This document shows positions 55,505 through 63,121 of a DNA stretch of 64,000 nucleotides, piece by piece. Each line of letters begins with the position of its first letter. The first letter of the stretch is position 1. The notes under the pieces are model-generated. The model worked only from the letters and a program-made list of their open reading frames with translations. It ran no database searches and had not been told where the DNA came from. The stretch covers positions 13,976 to 77,975 of the forward strand of contig CAYSVH010000013.1 of assembly GCA_964434425.1 (NCBI GenBank). The letters are read 5' to 3'. This DNA is from an uncultured Bifidobacteriaceae bacterium (GTDB lineage Bacteria > Actinomycetota > Thermoleophilia > Miltoncostaeales > Miltoncostaeaceae). Made by a program: the position numbers and the translations under genes.

Positions 55505-57028
55505 ATGACGTGGGTGGTCCTCGCTCTCGCGATCCTGGTGGTCGCCGGTTCGGTGGCGGCGGTGCTGGTCGACCGACGACGACGCGTGCGCATACGGCGC
55601 GACTCCGCCGTTCTCATCGATGTGATGAGATCGCACATGCGCGGTCAGTACGACGCCCGTGTCGCGGCCGGGCGCATCACGATGCTCGGCGATGTGGCCT
55701 CGGTGCTGAACGATCTGTCGGAGTGGGGGCAGGAGGCCGCCGAGCGCGACGACGAGCGGCAGCACTTGGACGGCGTGCTCCTCTCCATCAACCGGCAGGT
55801 GCGCGCGGAGCTCGACTTCGATGCGATCGCGCTGGGGGCGGCGCTGACGGTACAGGACGAGCTGGCCGTGGACCACGTGCGGCTGCGCGTGTTCTCGGAC
55901 GCACTGAACGCCGACGGCTTCGTCGTCTCGGTTCCCGAGGTCGCGCTGCACGAGCTGCCGCCGCTGCTGGAGGCGCTGTTCCAGCGGGTCGCGCTCGCGG
56001 CGTGGGCGACGGGAGGGGTTCCGCGCTTCCCCGGCCCCGAGGGGGACCCGCCGCTGATCTCCCGCGACGAGGAGCTCGCCGTGTGGCTGGAGCTCGCGCC
56101 GCTGGGCGTCGACACCTTCCTGGTGGTGCCCCTCGGTGTCACCGACGAGGTTCTGGGCTACATGATCCTGGGCCGGGGTCCGGCCGCTCCGCGATGGAGG
56201 CCGGCCGAGATCGATGCGGCCGGGGAGGTCGGTGTGTCGGTGGGGCAGGCACTGGCGAACGTCCGGATCGTCGCCCGTGAGTATCGGGTGGCCGTCGAGA
56301 TGCGCGAGATCGACCGTCAGAAGACCGAGCTCGTCTCGAACGTCAGTCACGAGCTCCGCACGCCGCTCACGTCGATCACGGGGTACGTCGAGATGCTCCG
56401 GGACGGTGAGTACGGTGATCTGCCCGCCGATGTCGATGCGACGCTCGCCATCGTGGAACGCAGCACCGCCCGTCTCCGCGAACTCATCGAGAACCTCCTC
56501 GTCGCCTCGCGGTCGGAGCTCGCACCGACCGAGCACGTACGCGAGACGGTCGACCTCCGGTCGGTCGTCGACGCCGCCGTGACGATGCTGGGTCCCGAGG
56601 CCCTGGCGCGCTCGGTCGCGCTGAACGCCGACCTCGGCACGGAGGACTCAGACGTCACGGGAGACCCCTCGGCACTCGAGCGGGTCGTCCTGAACGTCGT
56701 GAACAACGCCGTGAAGTTCACCCCCGCCGGCGGCACCGTCACCGTGACGCTCGCCGTCCGGGGAGTGATGGCCGTCGTCACCGTCGCGGATACCGGGATC
56801 GGCATCAGCGACGACGACCAGAAGCGCGTGTTCGACCGGTTCTTCCGTGGCTCCAACGCATCGCCCCGCGGCATCCGCGGTACCGGCCTCGGTCTCGCCA
56901 TCAGCCGTTCCATCATCGAGGACCACGGCGGCGCGATCACGCTCCGGTCCGTGGAGGGCGAGGGCACCACCGTCGAGATCGCGCTCCGTCGCGTGGAGGG
57001 GCACGCAAGCTCGGTGCCAGGCACTTAA
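55505..57028 (+). CDS. sensor histidine kinase (TM, GAF-like region, HisKA, HATPase_c)
   Basis: 'VSHELRTPLTSITGY' H-box, 'NNAVKFTP' N-box, 'DTGIGI', 'GTGLGLAI'. The last 8 codons plus the stop lie inside repeat copy C. Confidence 0.9.
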   Translation: MTWVVLALAILVVAGSVAAVLVDRRRRVRIRRDSAVLIDVMRSHMRGQYDARVAAGRITMLGDVASVLNDLSEWGQEAAERDDERQHLDGVLLSINRQVRAELDFDAIALGAALTVQDELAVDHVRLRVFSDALNADGFVVSVPEVALHELPPLLEALFQRVALAAWATGGVPRFPGPEGDPPLISRDEELAVWLELAPLGVDTFLVVPLGVTDEVLGYMILGRGPAAPRWRPAEIDAAGEVGVSVGQALANVRIVAREYRVAVEMREIDRQKTELVSNVSHELRTPLTSITGYVEMLRDGEYGDLPADVDATLAIVERSTARLRELIENLLVASRSELAPTEHVRETVDLRSVVDAAVTMLGPEALARSVALNADLGTEDSDVTGDPSALERVVLNVVNNAVKFTPAGGTVTVTLAVRGVMAVVTVADTGIGISDDDQKRVFDRFFRGSNASPRGIRGTGLGLAISRSIIEDHGGAITLRSVEGEGTTVEIALRRVEGHASSVPGT

Positions 57029-57132
57029 CTTGCGCGTACCAAACCGCACGAACCAGAAGTGCCCGCTATCCGACCTCTTCTTCCATGACGCACGACGGTG
57101 CGCAAGTTTCGTGCCTGGCACCGGGCTTGCGC
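57004..57132. repeat. family-P composite repeat, copy C, forward orientation
   Basis: CGCAAGCTCGGTGCC-A-GGCACTTAACTTGCG (57004-57035), a 64-nt linker, GCGCAAGTTTCGTGCC-T-GGCACCGGGCTTGCGC (57100-57132). It is the reverse complement arrangement of copy A. Confidence 0.75.
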
Positions 57133-57187
57133 GAACGGCCCCGGACGGGTGGCGCGCCCCGTGGGGCGTTGGCTAGCCTCCGTCACC

Positions 57188-59320
57188 GTGACCGCGCCCC
57201 GTCTCCGTCGCCTGGTCCTGATGGCCGTCTGTGGTCTGCTCGTCCCGGCGGCCCTCGATGCCAAGCCGCGTGCCGCTGCGAAACCCCGGCCGGTGTCGGT
57301 GGTGGTGGCGGTCGCGCCCGGGCAGGACGCGACCGTGCGGACCGAGCTCGCCCGACGCGGCATCAGGGCCAATCGGCGCACGCCCACCGGTCTCCAGGTG
57401 GTGGCGCGAACCCCGGCCGTCCAGCGCTCGCTGCGCGCCATGCCCGGGGTGGCGTCCGTGACCCCCGGAACCTCCGCCCATCCGGACGCCGTCGTGGGGC
57501 AGGGCGTCGAGCGGACGGGTGCCGCGGCTCTGGCGGACGTGAGCAACGGCGGCGCCGGACTCCGCATCGCCATCATCGACCTGGGATTCGGCACCCAGCT
57601 CGGTCCGCTGCAGGCGAGAGGCGAGCTTCCTCCGCCGGCGCGGCTGCGGTTGCAGTCCTTCGACCCCGCCAACGGCATCGCGGGCACCACGGCGTACGGT
57701 GGACCGACGGACCACGGGATGCTGGTCGCGCAGACCGTCTACGACTTCGCCCCGCGTGCCCACTACACGTTCGTCAGCTACCACACGCCCGAGGACTTCG
57801 TCGCGGCGACGAACTGGATCGCCGCACAGCGTTTCGACATCGCCGTCCACTCCAACAACTTCCTCGAGGGGCCGTTCGACGGCACGTCTCCACCCGCGCA
57901 GGCCGTCGACCGTGCCGCCGAGGCCGGTGTCCTCTGGTTCAACTCGGCCGGAAACTACGGACAGAAGCGGTGGGGAGGGGACTGGAACGATCCCGACGGC
58001 GACAACGAGATGAACTGGCCGACCGCGTCCCCGTGGATCGTCACGCGGACCGACCACACGGGCCTCACCTACCACCTGAGCTGGCGGAACTCCCCGGGTG
58101 CCGAGCCCACGGACATCGACCTCGTCCTCGAGCGGGAGGTGCCCGGAGGATGGCAGCCCGTCGCCGCATCCCGCGACCGGCAGTCCGAGGGAGCGGCCTC
58201 CGCCGAGCGCATCAACGGGCTCCGCCCATCCGCCCCGGGGCGCTACCGCCTCCGCGCGTTCCTCGTCTCGGGCCCTCCTCCCGAGTCCGTCGATCTGTAC
58301 TCGCGTGAGGATGAGATCGCGGACATCTTCGGCTACGGCGATGCATCGCCGAACTCCATCCCGACGCCGGCCGACAGCGCCGGGTCGATCGCGGTGGGTG
58401 CGGTCGACTGGCGCAGCAACTCCCTCGTCCGATACTCGTCGCGCGGCCCGACGCCGGACGGGCGGCTGAAGCCGGACCTCGTCGCGCCCACCGGCACGGC
58501 CATCGCCCAGCTGGGCGGCCCGGCGCGCGCGGTCGGCGGCACCTCCATCGCGGCACCGAACGCGGCGGGCGCCACGGCCGCGTTGATCTCCTCCCTGAGG
58601 GCGGAGCGGCTCCGTCCCTCGCCGGACGAGGTCCGGGCGATGATCGACCGGGACGCTCTCGACCTCGGCGCGCCGGGCCCGGACCCGGTGTTCGGGGTCG
58701 GGCGCATCCGCGTCGAACAGGAGCCTCCCGAGCTGTCGCGCATGACCCCGCGCATCACCGGTCCCGTCCGCGGGAACCACCGTCTCGAGTCGATCGGGAC
58801 GGATCCGTCCGGCCTCGCCGCATACGGCATCTACGTGGACGGGTGGCTCATCCGATCCGGCCGCCTGGTGCGGGAGAACGTGGTCGCGGCCATTCCGACG
58901 CGCCGCTTTCCCGACGGCGTGCACCGCGTCGAGATCGAGATGGTCGACGGGGTCGGCAACCGTGGACGCCGCGCCGCGCGCCTCGTCTTCGACAACACCG
59001 CGCCCCGCGTCACCGCCACCGTGCGCCCCACGCCGCGCGTGCAGCGCAGGGCCACCGGACCGGTCCCCCAACGCCGGATGCGTCGCCTCGCCGTGCGGGT
59101 GGCCGCCCACGATGCGATCTCCCGGCGTCTCACCACCCGGGTCATCGTGAAGCGTGGAGCACGCACCCTGTCCGACACGCGAGCGGTGAGCGTCTCGGGC
59201 CGGGCCCGCGTGCTCCTGACCGCGCCCCTGCCCCGCGGACCGGTGCGCGTCGTCGTTCTCGTCACGGATCGGGCGGGGAACACCGGGCGCGTGGTGAACT
59301 CGGCGATGGTCGTCACCTGA
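57188..59320 (+). CDS. secreted S8-family (subtilisin-like) serine peptidase
   Basis: GTG 57188 gives the signal peptide 'RLRRLVLMAVCGLLVPAAL'. Asp 'RIAIIDLGF', His 'DHGMLVAQT', Ser 'GGTSIAAPNAAGA'. The ORF extension back to 57098 runs through the repeat and is rejected. Confidence 0.85.
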   Translation: MTAPRLRRLVLMAVCGLLVPAALDAKPRAAAKPRPVSVVVAVAPGQDATVRTELARRGIRANRRTPTGLQVVARTPAVQRSLRAMPGVASVTPGTSAHPDAVVGQGVERTGAAALADVSNGGAGLRIAIIDLGFGTQLGPLQARGELPPPARLRLQSFDPANGIAGTTAYGGPTDHGMLVAQTVYDFAPRAHYTFVSYHTPEDFVAATNWIAAQRFDIAVHSNNFLEGPFDGTSPPAQAVDRAAEAGVLWFNSAGNYGQKRWGGDWNDPDGDNEMNWPTASPWIVTRTDHTGLTYHLSWRNSPGAEPTDIDLVLEREVPGGWQPVAASRDRQSEGAASAERINGLRPSAPGRYRLRAFLVSGPPPESVDLYSREDEIADIFGYGDASPNSIPTPADSAGSIAVGAVDWRSNSLVRYSSRGPTPDGRLKPDLVAPTGTAIAQLGGPARAVGGTSIAAPNAAGATAALISSLRAERLRPSPDEVRAMIDRDALDLGAPGPDPVFGVGRIRVEQEPPELSRMTPRITGPVRGNHRLESIGTDPSGLAAYGIYVDGWLIRSGRLVRENVVAAIPTRRFPDGVHRVEIEMVDGVGNRGRRAARLVFDNTAPRVTATVRPTPRVQRRATGPVPQRRMRRLAVRVAAHDAISRRLTTRVIVKRGARTLSDTRAVSVSGRARVLLTAPLPRGPVRVVVLVTDRAGNTGRVVNSAMVVT

Positions 59321-59408
59321 AACGAGTTTCGCGTCTGGTCTTTACTCCGGCCCGTTCATCACGCAAGATACCGGGGAACAATCATCCGTCATTTCAGGAG
59401 GAGCGCGA

Positions 59409-59612
59409 ATGCCCCTTGACCCCGATGTGAAGAGCAAGCTGCGCGATCGCATCTCGACCGCCAACAAGGCGAACGTCGATGAAATCATCGCGGAAGTCGA
59501 GCAGGTCCGGTCGGGCCTCTCCGAGGACGACAAGGACTACGCACGGGCGACCGGTTGGCTTGAGGACCTGGCAATGGTCAAGGGCGGCGGCGTTCCCGGC
59601 AAGTTCAACTGA
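59409..59612 (+). CDS. hypothetical small protein (67 aa)
   Basis: ATG preceded by 'caggaggag'. Charged helical sequence. Followed directly by a strong hairpin. Confidence 0.6.
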   Translation: MPLDPDVKSKLRDRISTANKANVDEIIAEVEQVRSGLSEDDKDYARATGWLEDLAMVKGGGVPGKFN

Positions 59613-59618
59613 TCACGG

Positions 59619-59649
59619 CGTCGGGGCCCGTCGCGCGCGGGCCCCGACG
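59619..59649. terminator. perfect 12-bp GC hairpin between convergent genes (bidirectional terminator candidate)
   Basis: CGTCGGGGCCCG-tcgcgcg-CGGGCCCCGACG followed by TT. Confidence 0.6.
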
Positions 59650-59730
59650 TTCGTCCCCGCACGTCGGGCGCACGCTGACGCGGGTCGCGTCGCGCTCGGA
59701 TCCTCCGCGGCCCGGGGACGTGCCGTTGCG

Positions 59731-60405
59731 TCAACCGGAGTCGCGGACCTCCATGCGGTACCCGGATCCGCGGACGGTGCGGATGCACTTCGATCCGATC
59801 TTGCGTCGCAGGTAGGCGATGTAGACCTCCACCACGTTGCTGCCGGGATCGAAGTCGTACCCCCAGACGCGGTCGAGGAGCTCTTCACGAGAACGGATGG
59901 CCCCCGGCGACCGCATGAGGGCCTCCAGAAGGGCGAACTCTCGCTTCGACAGCTCGGCCGTGCCGTGGTCGGGCGTGGTCACCCGATGCGACTGCAGGTC
60001 CAGATGGACGTCGCCGGCCACCAGTTCGTGAACCGGCGTGGACCCCGATTCCCGGAGGCGCGCGCCGACCCGCATCAGGAGTTCCTCGAAGGCGAAGGGC
60101 TTCGTCACGTAGTCGTCGGCCCCGCTCTCGAAGCCGCCCACCTTGTCGGGCACCTCGTCGCGGGCGCTCAGGATGATGACCGGCATGGTGTGCCCCGAGC
60201 CGCGCAGGTCCCGCAGCAGGTCCACGCCGTTCATGTCGGGCAGACCGAGATCGAGCACGATCAGATCCGGACGCCCCACGCGGATGGCCGCGAGGGCCGC
60301 CTGGCCGGTGGCCGCCACATCGACGCTGTGCCCTGCGGCCCGGAGACCGCGCTCGACGAAGCGCGCGATCCGCTCCTCGTCCTCGACCACCAGGATGCGG
60401 CTCAT
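59731..60405 (-). CDS. OmpR/PhoB-family response regulator
   Basis: 'MSRILVVEDEERIARFV...DLIVLDLGLPDMNG...VIILSARDE...GADDYVTKPFAFEEL' plus winged helix '...EFALLEALMRSPG...VEVYIAYLRRKI...IRTVRGSGYRM'. Confidence 0.9.
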   Translation of the reverse strand: MSRILVVEDEERIARFVERGLRAAGHSVDVAATGQAALAAIRVGRPDLIVLDLGLPDMNGVDLLRDLRGSGHTMPVIILSARDEVPDKVGGFESGADDYVTKPFAFEELLMRVGARLRESGSTPVHELVAGDVHLDLQSHRVTTPDHGTAELSKREFALLEALMRSPGAIRSREELLDRVWGYDFDPGSNVVEVYIAYLRRKIGSKCIRTVRGSGYRMEVRDSG

Positions 60406-61871
60406 GGGATGACCTCCGTGGTGTGCTCGTTGTGTACCGGGACCGTGATGACGAAACGTGAACCGGGATGCCAGTTGGGGTCGAGCCGGAGCGACCCGCC
60501 GTGGGCCTCCGCGATGGCCCGCACGATCGCAAGGCCCAGGCCCGACCCCTGCCGCATGCGTTCCGGTCCGCTCACGTGGCGTTCGAACACCCGTGTGCGC
60601 TCGTCCTCCCGAATCCCGGGACCGCGGTCCGAGACCCAGAGGGAGGCCGTCCGTCCGCCGGGATCGATGGTCGTTCCGATCTCGACGACGCTGTCCGTGG
60701 GCGCGTAGCGAGCGGCGTTCTCGGCGAGGTTCAGCATCGCCTGGGTCAGCCTGTCCGCATCGGCGTCGATCACCCCGACGCCCACCACCGGATGCCATTG
60801 GGGCCCCGGAAGGGTCTGGGCGCGGCGGTGCACCGCGAGCGCGAGATCGCTGAGATCGACCGGTTCGACCTGCAGGAACGTCGGCTGCTCGGCGCGGGCC
60901 AGCACGATCAGGTCGTTGACCATCCGGCTCATCCGTTCGACCTCGTCGGCGACCATCGCCACCGTGTCATCGACCTCGTCCTCGGACACCGTGCCATCGC
61001 GCAGCTGTTCGATGTGGCCGCGGATGATGGTGAGCGGGGTGCGCAGATCGTGGGCGGCGTCGGCGAGGAACGTGCGCTGAGTCCCCAGAGCGCCGTCCAG
61101 CCGGTCCAGCATGGAATTGAAGGTCCGTGCGAGCTCGGCGATCTCGTCGTTGCCTCCGGGGTCATGAAGGCGTTCCGACGTCTCCGTCGCGCTGATCTTC
61201 CGTGCCGTGGCGCTCATCTGGCGGAGGGGCCGCAGAAGCAGTGCCGCAAGCCACCACGACGCGAGTGCGGTGACGAGGACGGCGATCACGCCCACGGTGC
61301 GGACGGCCGACAGCACATCCCGCACCGTCTGGCGTTCGCCGTCGATGAACCGGCCGACGACGAACGTGCCGATCCGTTCCTCGTTGCGGAAGATGGGGAC
61401 GGACAGGAGACGGGCCGGCCCGGCCGCGGTGGGGACCTCGAAGAACGACGAGTCCGCGGATGACGTCGCCCGGCTGCGGATGTCCGGGTTGTCCGCCAGC
61501 TCGATGTCGGTGATCGGTCCCGAACTCCGCAGGACCTCCGTCGGCGAGAGAACGAAGACCACCTCGCCCTCCGAGAGCACTGACGACTCGATGAAGCGTG
61601 TCGCCGCGCGCCGCAGGTCTCGGTTGAGGAGCTGTCCGGCGTCGTCCTCCGCGACCTCGAGGAACCGGACGAACTCGCGGTACTCCTGCACGAGGTCATC
61701 GCGGATGCGGTCGTCGGCCTGTCCGTGGAGCATGGCGCGCAGACCGATGCCCGAGATGATGACGGCGAGGATCACCACCAGTACGAGCGCAGCGGCCAGC
61801 TTGACACGGCTCGACGATCGCAGGCGGTCGACGACGACGTCGATACGCGACCTAGTCGTCATCGTCGTCAT
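60402..61871 (-). CDS. sensor histidine kinase (2 TM, HAMP, HisKA, HATPase_c)
   Basis: 'AAHDLRTPLTIIRGH' H-box, 'NLAENAARYAP', 'DRGPGI', 'GSGLGLAIV'. ATGA overlap with the regulator. Start at ATG 61871 or 61862 within a Met/Thr run overlapping the upstream gene. Confidence 0.85.
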   Translation of the reverse strand: MTTMTTRSRIDVVVDRLRSSSRVKLAAALVLVVILAVIISGIGLRAMLHGQADDRIRDDLVQEYREFVRFLEVAEDDAGQLLNRDLRRAATRFIESSVLSEGEVVFVLSPTEVLRSSGPITDIELADNPDIRSRATSSADSSFFEVPTAAGPARLLSVPIFRNEERIGTFVVGRFIDGERQTVRDVLSAVRTVGVIAVLVTALASWWLAALLLRPLRQMSATARKISATETSERLHDPGGNDEIAELARTFNSMLDRLDGALGTQRTFLADAAHDLRTPLTIIRGHIEQLRDGTVSEDEVDDTVAMVADEVERMSRMVNDLIVLARAEQPTFLQVEPVDLSDLALAVHRRAQTLPGPQWHPVVGVGVIDADADRLTQAMLNLAENAARYAPTDSVVEIGTTIDPGGRTASLWVSDRGPGIREDERTRVFERHVSGPERMRQGSGLGLAIVRAIAEAHGGSLRLDPNWHPGSRFVITVPVHNEHTTEVIP

Positions 61872-62157
61872 CGCCGTTGTCATCGTCATCGTCGGACGGT
61901 GCGATACGCGGAGCCGGGCGCTGCGCCGGGGGTGCCGTGGTGCGCGGCCGGGTCGGTGTCGTCCGCGGTCGGGCGGGCGTGGTGCGCGGCCGCGTGGGGG
62001 TCGGCCGCCGCGTGGACGGCGTCGTGGTGGGTCGGGGCGTCGATGTCGTCTCGGCGGGAGTCGTGAGGATGATGGGCGGCACGTCGTCCGTGTCGTTGCC
62101 CGGGCCACATCCGGCCACGAGGAGGGCAACCAGGATGAGGCAGAGGGCGCCGCGCAT
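61852..62157 (-). CDS. lipoprotein with Pro/Thr/Arg-rich repeats and a poly-Asp tail
   Basis: Lipobox 'LVALLVAGCG', repeated 'T(R/P)PRTTP' units, C-terminal 'SDDDDDNGDDDDDD'. Confidence 0.7.
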   Translation of the reverse strand: MRGALCLILVALLVAGCGPGNDTDDVPPIILTTPAETTSTPRPTTTPSTRRPTPTRPRTTPARPRTTPTRPRTTAPPAQRPAPRIAPSDDDDDNGDDDDDD

Positions 62158-62174
62158 CTGTCGGGAGACCGCTT

Positions 62175-62987
62175 TCACCGGGGTGGGAAGGGCGTTCCCG
62201 TGACGTCGGCCAGGCCTCCGGCGAGAGTGCGGAGCGAGGGACGGCCGGCGGGGTCGAAGCGGACGCACCGGTCGATCAGCTCGGCGAGCGCCGACCCGGG
62301 TCGCTCTTCGGCGAGAGACGACGGCACCCAGCCCTCGATTCGGCTGCGCCGGTCCTCCGGCAGCGCGTGCTGTCCCCGCACGACCTCGTGGAGCACCATG
62401 CCGAGCCCCCAGACGTCGGCGGGGGTGTCGATCGCACCTCCGTGCATCTGTTCGGGTGCCATGTAGCACCAGGTTCCGACCCCGGCCCGCAGACGTCCGG
62501 GGCGCGCGGCCGAACTCAGGTCGATCACGATGGCGCGACCGTTCTCGGCGACCACATTCGAGGGCTTCAGGTCGAGGTGCAGCAGGTCATTGGCGTGGAG
62601 GTGGGCCACGGCCGAGCAGAGGTGGAGTCCCATCCAGGCGGCGCTCGTGTCGTCGAGACCCCCCTCGGACGACTCGATCAGGTGGCCGACGGTCTCGCCG
62701 GTGAGCGTCTCCATCACCACGATGGGGCGGGGGTCCGCGATCACTTCCACCACCGACACGATGTGCGGGTGGCGGAGCCGCTTCAGGCGGCGTCCCTCCC
62801 GCAGCAGCCGGCGCCCGGTGGGCGCGTCGTCGATCCTGTCGGGACGCGGGGTCTTGAGGACGCACCGGCACCAGCGGTGTTCGTCCCAGGCATCGAACAC
62901 GTCGAAGTGGTTGCTTCGGTGGAGATGTCCGAGGATCCGGTAGCCGGGGGCCAGGATCGTTCCCCGGCGTGGTCGGCGCGAGGTCAT
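62175..62987 (-). CDS. stand-alone Ser/Thr protein-kinase-like domain protein (atypical motifs)
   Basis: 'CVLKT' (beta3 Lys), 'HLDLKPSNVV' catalytic loop, 'IDLSSA' in place of DFG, 'YMAPE'. No GxGxxG loop and no extra domains. Confidence 0.8.
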   Translation of the reverse strand: MTSRRPRRGTILAPGYRILGHLHRSNHFDVFDAWDEHRWCRCVLKTPRPDRIDDAPTGRRLLREGRRLKRLRHPHIVSVVEVIADPRPIVVMETLTGETVGHLIESSEGGLDDTSAAWMGLHLCSAVAHLHANDLLHLDLKPSNVVAENGRAIVIDLSSAARPGRLRAGVGTWCYMAPEQMHGGAIDTPADVWGLGMVLHEVVRGQHALPEDRRSRIEGWVPSSLAEERPGSALAELIDRCVRFDPAGRPSLRTLAGGLADVTGTPFPPR

Positions 62988-63121
62988 GTGGTGGTCCGCT
63001 CCGCGGAGTCGTGGATGTGGGGTGCGTCAACCGAGGCCGGCCTGGGGTGGGCGGGTGGACGGGTGGCGCATCTGCGCGGCCGGTGGTGTGCACCACGCCA
63101 TGGGATCGCGGAGTCGGCCAT
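62984..63121 (-). repeat. family-E structured repeat, copy E3 (shorter; open 45-codon frame)
   Basis: The reverse complement ATGGCCGACTCCGCG...GGTGCAC...GATGCGCCACC...CCCCACATCCACGACTCC aligns with E1/E2 with a 27-nt internal deletion. It starts directly after the ABC exporter TAG, and its TGA overlaps the kinase ATG. Confidence 0.7.

Noticed and set aside
57098-57187. S8 protease start at 57098
   Set aside because: That start lies inside the second palindrome of repeat copy C. GTG 57188 yields a normal signal peptide.
61855-62060. GAC/GAT and ACC/CCG-rich tract as a non-coding microsatellite
   Set aside because: It is in frame within a lipoprotein ORF with a good lipobox and encodes Pro/Thr-rich repeats plus a poly-Asp tail. 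It is treated as coding low-complexity sequence (see the separate finding on the overlap).
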